This document shows, in pieces, positions 1 to 15,612 of a stretch of 64,000 nucleotides of DNA. The stretch is taken from the NCBI RefSeq assembly GCF_009914755.1, contig NC_060943.1; one strand, 5' to 3'. A program made the translations under genes and the position numbers. Below the pieces are notes generated by a model that ran no database searches, had not been told where the DNA came from, and saw only the letters and a program-made list of their open reading frames with translations. The first letter of the stretch is position 1; each line of letters begins with the position of its first letter. This DNA is from the human T2T-CHM13v2.0 reference genome, Homo sapiens.

Positions 1-486
1 TTGTTCCTGCACTGCCCTCCTGACCTCTGTGCTCACCCCACACAAATGGGACGCTCATGCCTCTGGGTGGCTGCGCCCGGCCTGCCCATGTGCTCCTCCC
101 TCTTACTATTCCTTCTCCATGGGGCCTGCCCTGCTACCGAAGGGGAACAAGGGACCCTGGCCTGGCCAACCAGGAAACCCCTTCTGCTCGGCAGTTCCTG
201 ATTCAGTTATGGGCACGAGACCCAAGAACAAATTTTACCCAGGAGTTTTGTTAGAACAGTTGGGCAAGATACAGGCTTCCCACAGAAATCACAGATGTAA
301 GGTTGTGTGCCTGGAGCTTCTGGTGCCATCTCAGTCGCCACGAAGGGCGCTGCCCCTGAGAAGAAGGTCAGTTCGGGCAGCAGAGAAATAGAAGCACCGA
401 AACATCATAATGTGGATGGTGACTCCTGATTCCTGTTTCTGGAGGCCCTGGCATCCCCGGACTGAGTCTTAAGAGTATAACTTTCG

Positions 487-1124
<638 letters not shown>

Positions 1125-1370
1125 GCAAAGCAATAGGATGACAACGATTTAAAGTAACTATTATTAAAAGGTTAAAGATTACAGAAGAAAAGATAGGGGC
1201 AAGGTGAGAAAATGGAGAATTTCAGCAGAAAAATTAAAAACACATAAGAGCACCTATTAAAATATACAATATGGGAAATAAAAATTTTGTGAAACAGACT
1301 AAATAGAAATCTGGAATATCAGAAAAGAGGATTGGTAGCATCAAAGACATGTCGATAGAAATTATTCAGA

Positions 1371-3180
<1,810 letters not shown>

Positions 3181-3779
3181 GCACCCAGGACAGGGCACAT
3201 GTACCAAAGACCCAAAAGACAGAGTGGGACATCAGAAAAATTTGAGAAATACTCCTTCAGAAATGGAACTCTAAGAAAGCAAAAGAAAACAGAAATATCT
3301 GCAGAAATAACAGTCAAGACTTCAAAATCTGTTAAAATGCACCCACCCTCAGGTCGAAGTAGCTCAGTTTAGAAAGCTAGACCCAGGTGCATCACAAACG
3401 GCCAAAGTCCAAAAATAAAAGAAAATCATGTATATAGTCAGAAGTAAGAGATTTCACAGTAAGGAAAACAGAATGAGAAAATTTCTCATCAGAACAGTAG
3501 AAAGCAGCATGAATAGAACCACCTTAACATGCCCAGAGAAAAACACAGTCCACTTAGAACCGTATATCCTGTAAAAATGCACTTCAAAAGAGGAGGAGGA
3601 ATTAGGGCCTTTTGATCCACGTAAGAGCTAAGCCTAGGCAGAATGTCACTGCAGAGGAACTACAAGGCAATATATATTAAATACGGCACTTCAGACTCAA
3701 AGAAAATTATCCCTCTTGGCAACACGGAGTCTGAATGAAGAACTTAAGAGCGCCAGAAAGGTACAAAAATGTACACATC

Positions 3780-4305
3780 TTCAAAGGCTATGGAAAACAA
3801 GATCCCACTACACACCTATTCGAATGGCCAAACACAAAATACTGACACCACCAAACACTGGGGAGGACATGGGCCTCAGGAGCGCTTACTCATTGCTGGT
3901 GGGAGTGAAATGGCAGCTTCTCATTAAACACGGTCTCATCACACGGTCCGGCAATCAGGTTTCTTTATTCATCCAAATGGGCTGAAAAGTTGTGTCAAAA
4001 CAAAAACCTGCACATGGGCGTTTACAGCAGCTTTATGAGTAACTGCTGAAGCTTGGAAGCTGCTAAGATGTCTTTATGTGTAACTGCCAAAGCTTGGAAG
4101 CTGCTAAGATGTCTTTACGTGTAACTGCCGAAGCTTGGAAGCTAAGATGTCCTTCAATAGGTACGTAGATAAACAAGCTGCAGCATACGCCCAGGATGGA
4201 GTATCATCCAGCGCTGAAAAGAAATGAGCCATCAAGCCACGAAAAGACATGGCGAAGCCTTCAGTGAATATGAAAGAAGCCAATCTCAAAGGCTACATAC
4301 TGTAC
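3780..4305 (+). mobile_element. L1 3'-end relic
   Basis: cactacacacctatt.gaatggc, aagatgtccttcaatagg, aaaagaaatgagccatcaagcca...aaaggctacatactgta motifs. Confidence 0.75.
4040..4155. repeat. 41-bp tandem triplication (TAACTGCC.AAGCTTGGAAGCTGCTAAGATGTC...) inside L1 relic
   Basis: Copies start at ~4040, 4081 and 4122. Confidence 0.85.
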
Positions 4306-4308
4306 GTG

Positions 4309-6285
4309 TACACCAAAGCACATCCTCATCAGACACCTCAATACACCAAAGCACATCCTCATCAGACTCAATACACCAAAGCACATCCTCATCAGACTCA
4401 ATACACCAAAGCACATCCTCATCAGACTCCTCAATACACCAAAGCACATCCTCATCAGACTCCTCAATACACCAAAGCACATCCTCATCAGACACCTCAA
4501 TACACCAAAGTACATCCTCATCAGACACCTCAGTACACCAAAGCACATCCTCATCAGACTCATTACACCAAAGCACATACTCATCAGACTCAATACACTA
4601 AAGCACAGCCTCATCAATACACTAAAGCACATCCTCATCAGACACCTCAATACACCACAGCACATCCTCATCAGACTCCTCAATACACCAAAGCACACCC
4701 TCATCAGACACCTCAATACACCAAAGCACATTCTCATCAGACACCTCAATACACCAAAGCACATCCTCATCAGACTCAATACACCAAAGCACATCCTCAT
4801 CAGACTCCTCAATACACCAAAGCACATCCTCATCAGACTCCTCAATACACCAAAGCACATCCTCATCAGACTCCTCAATACACCAAAGCACATTCTCATC
4901 AGACACCTCAATACACCAAAGCACATCCTCATCAGACTCAATACACCAAAGCACATCCTCATCAGACTCCTCAATACACCAAAGCACATCCTCATCAGAC
5001 ACCTCAATACACCAAAGTACATCCTCATCAGACACCTCAATACACCACAGCACATCCTCTTCAGACTCAATACACCAAAGCACATCCTCGTCAGACTCAA
5101 TACACCAAAGCACATCCTCATCAGACACCTCAATACACCAAAGCACATCCTCATCAGACTCAATACACCAAAGCACATCCTCATCAGACTCCTCAATACA
5201 CCAAAGCACACCCTCATCAGACACCTCAATACACCAAAGCACATTCTCATCAGACACCTCAATACACCAAAGCACATCCTCATCAGACTCAATACACCAA
5301 AGCACATTCTCATCAGACTCAATACACCAAAGCACATTCTCATCAGACTCAATACACCAAAGCACATCCTCATCAGACACCTCAATACACCAAAGCACAT
5401 CCTCATCAATACACCAAAGCACATCCTCATCAGACTCCTCAATACACCAAAGCACATTCTCATCAGACACCTCAATACACCAAAGCACATCCTCATCAAT
5501 ACACCAAAGCACATCCTCATCAGACTCAATACACCAAAGCACATTCTCATCAGACTCAATACACCAAAGCACATTCTCATCAGACACCTCAATACACCAA
5601 AGCACATCCTCATCGGACTCAATACACCAAAGCACATCCTCATCGGACTCAATACACCAAAGCACATCCTCATCAGACTCCTCAATACACCAAAGCACAT
5701 CCTCATCAGACTCAATACACCAAAGCACATTCTCATCAGACACCTCAATACACCAAAGCACATCCTCATCAGACTCAATACACCAAAGCACATTCTCATC
5801 AGACTCAATACACCAAAGCACATTCTCATCAGACACCTCAATACACCAAAGCACATCCTCATCGGACTCAATACACCAAAGCACATCCTCATCAGACTCC
5901 TCAATACACCAAAGCACATCCTCATCAGACACCTCAATACACCAAAGCACACCCTCATCAGACACCTCAATACACCAAAGCACATTCTCATCAGTCACCT
6001 CAATACACCAAAGCACATCCTCATCAGACTCAATACACCAAAGCACATTCTCATCAGACACCTCAATACACCAAAGCACATCCTCATCAGACTCAATACA
6101 CCAAAGCACATTCTCATCAGACACCTCAATACACCAAAGCACATCCTCATCAGATTCAATACACCAAAGCACATCCTCATCAGACACCTCAATACACCAA
6201 AGCACATTCTCATCAGACTCCTCAATACACCAAAGCACACCCTCATCAGACACCTCAATACACCAAAGCACATCCTCATCAGACT
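4309..6285. repeat. 33/30/24-bp minisatellite (TACACCAAAGCACATCCTCATCAGAC[A/T]CCTCAA), ~60+ copies
   Basis: Direct tandem periodicity; all unit variants are multiples of 3. Confidence 0.97.
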
Positions 6286-6604
6286 GCTCAAAACCAGTGG
6301 TACTGAAAAATCTTCAAAGCAGTTGGAGGAAAAAAACCAAGAGAGGACTGAAGATTTCCTGCTGGAGGCAGGGCAAGCTGGAAGACAGAAGACCTTGCAC
6401 ATCTGAAGAAAACGTCAGCAGGCTGCGGCGCTCCAATGAAAACTCCTCTACGCCCATCCCCAAACACCCAGGTTGCCCAGTGGCTGGCCCTGGTTCTCAC
6501 AGCTCCTGGCACAGGCTCACCAGCAAGACCCCTGACTCTCCCACACCCATCATGCAAGTGGTCCTGGTCCTTCACCAATAGTCCCTGAGGCCAAGCCACA
6601 GTCA

Positions 6605-7120
<516 letters not shown>

Positions 7121-7524
7121 CTACTGTCCCCACCCCGCCCAACCTCTGCCCTCTGTGCCCTCAGCTTCTCCTGGAGACCCAGGCCTCTGTCCTCTGCATC
7201 TGCTGTCACGCCTGCCAGGCCTCTCGGCAAACTTTCAGCAAAGGAGGCCCATTCTCCTTCATGTTTCAGCTTAAATATCACTTCTAGGAGGCTGCCCCGA
7301 CCACCTCTACCCAGACGTGGGCCCTCCTCACATCCCGTCATCGTGGCCACAATTCCCTTACTGACGTGAACAATACGTAGCCCACCACGTCATGCCCCCG
7401 GTGCACCCCCTCGCCCGTGTTGCTCACGACTTATCCTGGACCCTCCAAGAGACATGCAGGCCCCCAAGTGAGATGACGAGGACACCTGCCGCCCCAGCCC
7501 CCACCCGATCCACCACAAGGCACC

Positions 7525-8641
7525 CCGGGCTTCAAATCAAGTTTAATAAATAAAACAGCAAAGGGGGGTTCAAGGCAGTTATCACTTCACAGTGTGGTCC
7601 TTGGTGGGGTGAGGGATGGTCGAGTCCAACTCGGAAAGGGGCTCGAGCACAAGAGGCCGGACGACACCCGGGGCAGGGCGCGCCGCCGCCCACGGAGGAC
7701 CCCACTCCAACGTGTAAACAGAAACAGAAACGAACGAGAGGGCCAGGGAGGAGGGGGACCAGGACTCCAAGCCATCTTGCTAGGAAGCTTCCCACAGAAG
7801 GAAGACCTGCAGGGCTGGGGAAACAGGCTGGAGTCTGGCCCCTGCGTGGCCAGCAGGGCCGGCTCCTCCGGAGGCTCCCTGCCTTGGTACCGGGGGAGGA
7901 CAGCAAAGGGGATGTAAATCACCTGTCTCCTCAAACCCACGCCTGGGGTTGCTGAGGGACCCCACCCCAACCGCTCAGGATCGGGGAGCAGGGATGGAGG
8001 GGGAAGAGGCAGGTGGGGGTGTAAAGTGCGGCTTTTCCTGAAGTGGAGACGATGGGGTGGGAAGGCGAGGCTGGGGTGGGGGCCGGACAGCGAGGTATAT
8101 GGCTCTGTGCCCCACGGGGTTGGCACTGAGTAGCAGCTGCCCACGACCCCCAGGGCTGGGGCAGCCCGCGGCCCTGCCGGGTGTGGAGAGACAGAGCCAA
8201 GCAGGGAGCTGAGGGCGCCCCGGCGGAGGCTGCTGGTGCGGGGCAGGGCGTCCTGCCCGTCTCCCCGCCGGGGCAGTGACGCCTTCCCTCGCCTCTGCTG
8301 GCTGGAAGGGACTAGGTGGCCGGCTCTGCCCTGCGTCCCAACGGCGGGGTCTCTTCTGTCCCCGGCTGCCCGACGGATCCCACGTGCAGGCAGCGGCCCG
8401 GACCCGGGTGGCAGTGCCGGGCGCTGACGGCGCTGGGTGGGGCCGTGGGTCCATTCTGTGTGGACAGGGGCAAGGGCTCACGGCCCAGCCACCTCACCCC
8501 AGTCCTGACGTGTTCTGAAGCAGAAGGAGGTGCTACCCCAAGGCCCGGGGGGTGGGGAAGGGGTCAGGAAGACTGACAGAGGCGGGCCCAGCGGCAGCGC
8601 TAAGTCCAGTCTGGGCCGCATACGCCGCCCGCGGCCAGGAG
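7525..8641 (-). other. MIER2: MIER2 3' UTR (~1.1 kb, GC-rich; 3' end approximate)
   Basis: Lies between the stop codon and the ATTAAA signal; repeat-free. Confidence 0.8.
7542..7547 (-). terminator. MIER2 polyadenylation signal ATTAAA
   Basis: - strand reads ttttatttATTAAActtgatttg: U-rich upstream element in an isolated AT-rich island. Confidence 0.8.
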
Positions 8642-8663
8642 TCAGCAGGTCATCACGTTACAG
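8642..8663 (-). CDS. MIER2: MIER2 exon 14 coding part (HCNVMTC-stop)
   Basis: ctcccctgcag acceptor, then C TGT AAC GTG ATG ACC TGC TGA; brings the CDS to 1638 nt (545 aa + stop). Confidence 0.9.
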
Positions 8664-9070
8664 CTGCAGGGGAGAGACCAAGAGAGACGCAGAGAGTGTC
8701 AGTGCGGCCCCACGTGCCTGCACAGCCCAGTGCTGAGCGCTGGACTCGAGACTCCCAGCCTTGCCTCCCCCACAGCCTATGGCAGCCGGGCCCGGGGTGC
8801 CCTGAGGGGAGCTGGTGGCTGGAGCAGGGGTGGGACAGCCTGGCACCTGCTCCCATTTGTGGAGAATGTGGACCACATGAATGTATTCTCCAGTCAAAAA
8901 ATACATACAAGTAAAGAATAAACCTAAAGACACACTGAGAGCCTGCTCGTGGAGCCACACTGTCCTCGGGTCCTTGGGGCAAATGCCTCCCACCCTCCTC
9001 TGCTCAGCCTGAGGGCTGGGGGGACCTGGTTGGAGTGTTGCGGAGGCTCCGGGCATGGGGTGGCACTCAC

Positions 9071-9488
9071 TGTGACAGGGGCTCCGAGTGTAGCCCGGGG
9101 GCCGGGCACGTGGGGTGGGCGGCCAGGAAGGGGTTCACGTCCCCAATGCCGATGAGTCCAAACTCGGTGACCGACAAAGCCACCTGTGCTGGGGCCACAG
9201 TCTCCTCCGGATCCCCGCTGAGGTCCACATGGCTGGAGATGAGGGGCAGCTCCTTGGGCAGGGCGAAGTCCACGGCCAGCCTTGGGCTGGCGTCTGGCTC
9301 CGGAGCAGTGACAGCTGGCTGGTATGAGGCTGGGTCGGCCAGGGCTGGGGGCCGATGGGACAGGGGTACAGCGGGGGACTCATCCAGCTGCTGGAAGGAA
9401 CACGGCCCTGGCTCCGAGGACGGGAGTCCATCAGAGGCCACTCCGGGCTCATCGAGACCACCGGCCGTGCCATCCACGCTCAGTGGAT
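9071..9488 (-). CDS. MIER2: MIER2 exon 13 (DPLSVDG...HSEPLS)
   Basis: 418 nt, tctctttcacag acceptor, GTGAGT donor; peptide in ORF 9067..9825. Confidence 0.93.
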
Positions 9489-9748
9489 CTGTGAAAGAGA
9501 ACGCAACAGAGGGTGGGGCCTGCCCACAGCCGCGGATCCTGTGCAGGCTCCTGCCTAACTTTGCTGGGTCCAGCAAAGCCTGTGGATCCCTCCCCAGAAA
9601 AGCCTCCACACAAATACAAAAGACACCAGTTACACTGAAATCCGCGAGCCCCAGGTTAAGGGTCTCAGCTTTAGAAGTAGATTTTAGTTCATCAGACCAA
9701 CAGTGGGTCACAACCCACATCTTTAAAAAGAGCAGAATACAATAGACA

Positions 9749-9865
9749 TAGGTGTAAACAATGCCGGGGGCACTGCAGAGGATAAATACAGGGTCTGTGG
9801 AATACACAGACTTAGGTGTAAACAATGCCGGGGGCGCTGCGAGGGCTAATACAGGGTCTTTGGAA
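9749..9865. repeat. 64-bp tandem duplication in MIER2 intron 12
   Basis: TAGGTGTAAACAATGCCGGGGGC...ATACAGGGTCT occurs at ~9749 and ~9813. Confidence 0.85.
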
Positions 9866-10475
9866 GTTTTGTTCCCACAGGCAGCGCAAGGGGCCTCACC
9901 ACAATTCTAGGAAGTAGCCGAGGTGGACACCCTTTGGCAAACAAACCATGGAAACAACCAGACTCTGGAAATGGGGGACCCTCCCAGACTCAACCATCTA
10001 AACACAGAGCCAGAAAGCAAAGGATCCTCGTTTGCACCCTCCCCGTGTGGGTCTCCACCTTCGGACGCCACATCAGACACCACCATCGGACATGGTCCCT
10101 ACCCGAGGCCCTGCTGTGCTCCGTCATGGCCTCAGGTGCAAGATCCTGGCGACGGCTCCGGACACCCTGTCCTTCCTGAGTGTCCTGGTGACGGGCTAAG
10201 TCCCCACCCTGGGGCAGGAAGGCCCTCCCCGGAGACTGAGGCCTGGTAAATACCCCAACCTCACCATACGGGGCTCCCCAGCAGTGGGGCCACATGCACC
10301 CCTCCAGCAAGCCCAGAGGGTAAGCGTAATCCCTGCCCTCCCCTCTCCCAGCCAGGTGTACAGAGCGGCATCCACATCACGTGGCTGCCCTCCGCCACCC
10401 AGACGCCCACTCCTCCTGGCGAGGCTGGCCCAGCACAGGGCGCCAGGCAGGAGAGGCTCCACCGGGCCTCACTCA

Positions 10476-11030
<555 letters not shown>

Positions 11031-11502
11031 CTAACAGGCCACAGGCTATGCCCACCACAGGGAACAGGGGCTCGGAGCACTGTGGCACTGCCTCCTGTTT
11101 CAAGCCCCCTCAGAGCCCTCCAGCTCCTGGCTTGAGACCCCTTTCCCTTCTGTAGCATCAGCCAGACAAACGTACCCTCCAGGCCTCTGTCTACTGCTCA
11201 CCCACCCCATCCCAGACCATGAGCCACGGGCCAGTTGCGTCCACCTCATCTGCCTGCTTCTCACAGGCCCGGGGTGGGAGTGGGAGTGACAACCCCCGGG
11301 TCCACAGACTCCTGGACTGAGCCCCTTCCCCGGGAGGAAGAGGCACAAGCCCGCGGCGCCTGCTTTCCCACCGAACACATCCCTCCAGGGCCCAGCGAAT
11401 GCTTCCCAAGTGCACAGAAGACACCGCGGAAGGACACATGGGTTCTGTGAACCCGACAAAATTCCCAACGTAGCACATAAAGGGCCAAACACACATGCAC
11501 AC

Positions 11503-12042
11503 AGGCTTCAGGGAGACGAGAAGGGACACACACACACACACACACAAGGCTTCAGGGAGACGAGAAGGGACACACACACGCACACAAGGCTTCAGGGAGA
11601 CGAGAAGGGACACACACACACACACACACAAGGCTTCAGGGAGACGAGAAGGGACACACACACACGCACACAAGGCTTCAGGGACACGAGAAGGGACACA
11701 CACACACGCACACAAGGCTTCAGGGAGACGAGAAGGGACACACACACACACACACAAGGCTTCAGGGAGACGAGAAGGGACACACACACACACGCACACA
11801 AGGCTTCAGGGAGACGAGAAGGGACACACACACGCACACAAGGCTTCAGGGACACGAGAAGGGACACACACACACACGCACACAAGGCTTCAGGGAGACG
11901 AGAAGAGACACACACACGCACACAAGGCTTCAGGGAGACGAGAAGGGACACACACACACACGCACACAAGGCTTCAGGGAGACGAGAAGGGACACACACA
12001 CACACGCACACAAGGCTTCAGGGACACGAGAAGGGACACACA
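11503..12042. repeat. ~40-44-bp minisatellite (AGGCTTCAGGGAGACGAGAAGGGA(CA)n), ~13 copies, MIER2 intron 10
   Basis: Tandem units with a variable-length CA tract. Confidence 0.95.
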
Positions 12043-12427
12043 GCAAGTGTGTTCCATGTGGCACCTGGCACAGAGCTGGGCGCACACCTGGCAACACCTC
12101 CAACATCTCCACCCGGGAGGCTCATCCCACAGAGAGCTTGAGGCTGTGGCCACTGCTGGTGATGGCGGAAAAGACCCCCTCACCTGGACATGCTCTGGGC
12201 CAACTAACCCACCGCCACCCAGAACGAGGATGCCCCATGCTCACCGCTGCGAGAACAACGTGGGGTCCTGCCTGGGGGCGAGACCGAGACAACCTCCCTG
12301 CAGGGCAAACCTCAAACGCACGCCACGAGGGAGCTCTTCTGTGAAGGGCCAGGGTGAAATACGCACTGGCTCAGGCTGACCAACGTGTGCTGGCTACACA
12401 CGGCCCCTCGCGGCTGGGCCAGGACCT

Positions 12428-13058
12428 GCCCGGAGCTCCAGAAACACGGCCGGGAGTTACAAAAACGCGGCCCTGAGCTATAGAAACACGGCCCGGAGCT
12501 GCAGAAACACGGCCCGGAGCTATAGAAACACGGCCCGGAGCTGCAGAAACAGGCCGGGAGCTGTAGAAACATGGCCCGGAGCTATAGAAACGGCCCAGAG
12601 TCCAGAAACACAGCCCGGAGCTGTAGAAACACGGCCGGGAGCTGCAGAAACACAGCCGGGAGCTATAGAAACACGGCCCGGAGCTGTAGAAACACGGCCC
12701 GGAGCTATAGAAACGGCCCAGAGTCCAGAAACACAGCCCGGAGCTATAGAAACACGGCCGGGAGCTGCAGAAACACAGCCGGGAGCTATAGAAACACAGC
12801 CCGGAGCTATAGAAACGGCCCAGAGTCCAGAAACACAGCCCGAAGCTCCAGAAACACAGCCCAGAGCTATAGAAACACGGCCCGGAGCTATAGGAACATG
12901 GCCCGGAGCTGTAGAAACACAGCCCGGAGCTACAGAAACACGGAGTCCATAGAAACACGGCCCAGAGTCCAGAAACACAGCCTGGAGCTGTAGAAACACG
13001 GCCAGGAGTCCAGAAACACGGCCCACAACTCCAGAAACACGGCCCGGAGCTACAGAAA
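12428..13058. repeat. ~21-bp minisatellite (CCCGGAGCT[A/G]TAGAAACACGG), ~30 copies, MIER2 intron 10
   Basis: Tandem periodicity with shorter CCAGAGTCCAGAAAC variants. Confidence 0.93.
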
Positions 13059-14022
13059 CTTGACAGGGGCTCCAAGTGTAGCCTGGGAGCACCACACTCC
13101 AGCCACACCTCGCCCCGCTGTCTCCAATCAAAACACCACGTGGTGCTGGAGTCTGACAAGGACAGTCCATCGCTGCTGCGCACGGCACCGCACAGTCACC
13201 TGAGCAATGTCCTGGGCCGTACAACCAGCCCCGGGCAGGTGCCTCCTCACCCAAGCCCTTCAGTGGACGACATCGGGCCCCAAATGGAGCACGGTCCCAG
13301 GACACGAGGCAGAAGCAAGGCTCGGCAACAAGGCCACAGCCCACTGGTCCTGAAGGGACTCAGTGCCCAACCGGGGCGTGGACAGAGGCGGAGAAGCCAC
13401 TGGTCAGAGCCATGGGAAGGTTTTCAGCCAGAGATGTCTGACTGCCAAGAGGCTGGCTTGGAAGTTACCACTCAAGAAGCCACAGGGCAGAGGGCACTGC
13501 TGCAGACATGCAGAGACCCACAGAGGACGTGGGGAAGGTCTAAGGAAGGGCAGAAGGCCCCGGCACTTGGCAGCACCTGCCTGTCATGAGGGTTTGTCCC
13601 GGGTGGCAGGACCTGGGTCCCTGGAGGAGGGAACCAGGAGACCCCTGGTCTCCAGGTGTCAGGGGTTCTGCTGTGGGGCCAATGCTGGACACTGAGCCAG
13701 CAGGCTCTGCTCAGAGGACACAGACTTGAAGATGAGGTGCCCAGGGCCCTGGGGTGGAATGTGAGGCAGAAACAACTACTAGAATTCAGCTTTTGCCACA
13801 TTCTTTCCCAAAGCCAGAGCCTTGTTCTTGTGGGGACAGGAAAGGGGCCCACAGCAGTCAGTAGCAAAAAATGCAGAAGACAGCAATGGGCACACGGTGA
13901 GGAGGCGGACACAGGACACGGGGCTCCAGGCCTCCAGTCGGCCGTGTGCTGTGTGCCTGCGGACCCTGAGCCCCTCCCCAGATCGAGAAGCCCCCGGTGG
14001 AGCCTGGCAGTGGAGTCCGCAC

Positions 14023-14426
<404 letters not shown>

Positions 14427-14463
14427 TCAGCGCAGGAGCCGACAGCAAGAACTGTCTATACCA

Positions 14464-15385
14464 TCCAGCGAGTGGCATCAGGGGCCGTCCACACCACCCT
14501 CCTGGGCGATGTCAGAGCCACCTACACCTCTATCCAGGGAGTGACATCAGGGGCCGTCCACACCACCCTCCTGGGCGATGTCAGGGCCACCTACACCTCT
14601 ATCCAGGGAGTGACATCAGGGGCCGTCCACACCACCCTCCTGGGCGATGTCAGGGCCACCTACACCTCTATCCAGGGAGTGACATCAGGGGCCGTCCACA
14701 CCACCCTCCTGGGCGATGTCAGAGCCACCTACACCTCTATCCAGGGACTGGCATCAGGGGCCGTCCACACCACCCTCCTGGGCGATGTCAGGGCCACCTA
14801 CACCTCTATCCAGGGAGTGACATCAGGGGCCGTCCACACCACCCTCCTGGGCGATGTCAGGGCCACCTACACCTCTATCCAGGGAGTGACATCAGGGGCC
14901 GTCCACACCACCCTCCTGGGCGATGTCAGGGCCACCTACACCTCTATCCAGGGAGTGACATCAGGGGCCGTCCACACCACCCTCCTGGGCGATGTCAGGG
15001 CCACCTACACCTCTATCCAGGGAGTGACATCAGGGGCCGTCCACACCACCCTCCTGGGCGATGTCAGGGCCACCTACACCTCTATCCAGGGAGTGACATC
15101 AGGGGCCGTCCACACCACCCTCCTGGGCGATGTCAGGGCCACCTACACCTCTATCCAGGGAGTGACATCAGGGGCCGTCCACACCACCCTCCTGGGCGAT
15201 GTCAGGGCCACCTACACCTCTATCCAGGGAGTGACATCAGGGGCCGTCCACACCACCCTCCTGGGCGATGTCAGAGCCACCTACACCTCTATCCAGGGAC
15301 TGGCATCAGGGGCCGTCCACACCATCCTCCTGGGCGATGTCAGGGCCACCTACACCTCTATCCAGGGAGTGACATCAGGGGTGTC
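14464..15385. repeat. 69-bp minisatellite, ~13.3 copies, MIER2 intron 8
   Basis: TCCAGGGAGTGACATCAGGGGCCGTCCACACCACCCTCCTGGGCGATGTCAGGGCCACCTACACCTCTA every 69 nt. Confidence 0.97.
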
Positions 15386-15612
15386 TACATCCCCTTGCAG
15401 GATACCCGGAGGCGTCTACACCTCCTCCCTGATACGTGGTTTTAATTGGCCCCCCTTCTGACCTGAGTAGCTGTTCCAGTGCCCTGGCCCCCACACACCT
15501 GACCCCTGCCCTCCCCTCTGCCCTCCCTGGCCCCTGGAGGCACTGGGGTGTGAGCTCTGGCCCACGCCACGGCAGCCCTCAGCCCCTCTGTCCCCGGCAT
15601 GGCAGCCCCCAC

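Noticed and set aside
8642-8663. MIER2 C-terminal CNVMTC as a prenylation signal
   Set aside because: Does not fit CaaX, CC or CXC spacing.
11191-13344. ORFs of 140-294 aa in the intron 10 VNTRs
   Set aside because: Low-complexity repeat translations on both strands without coding signals.
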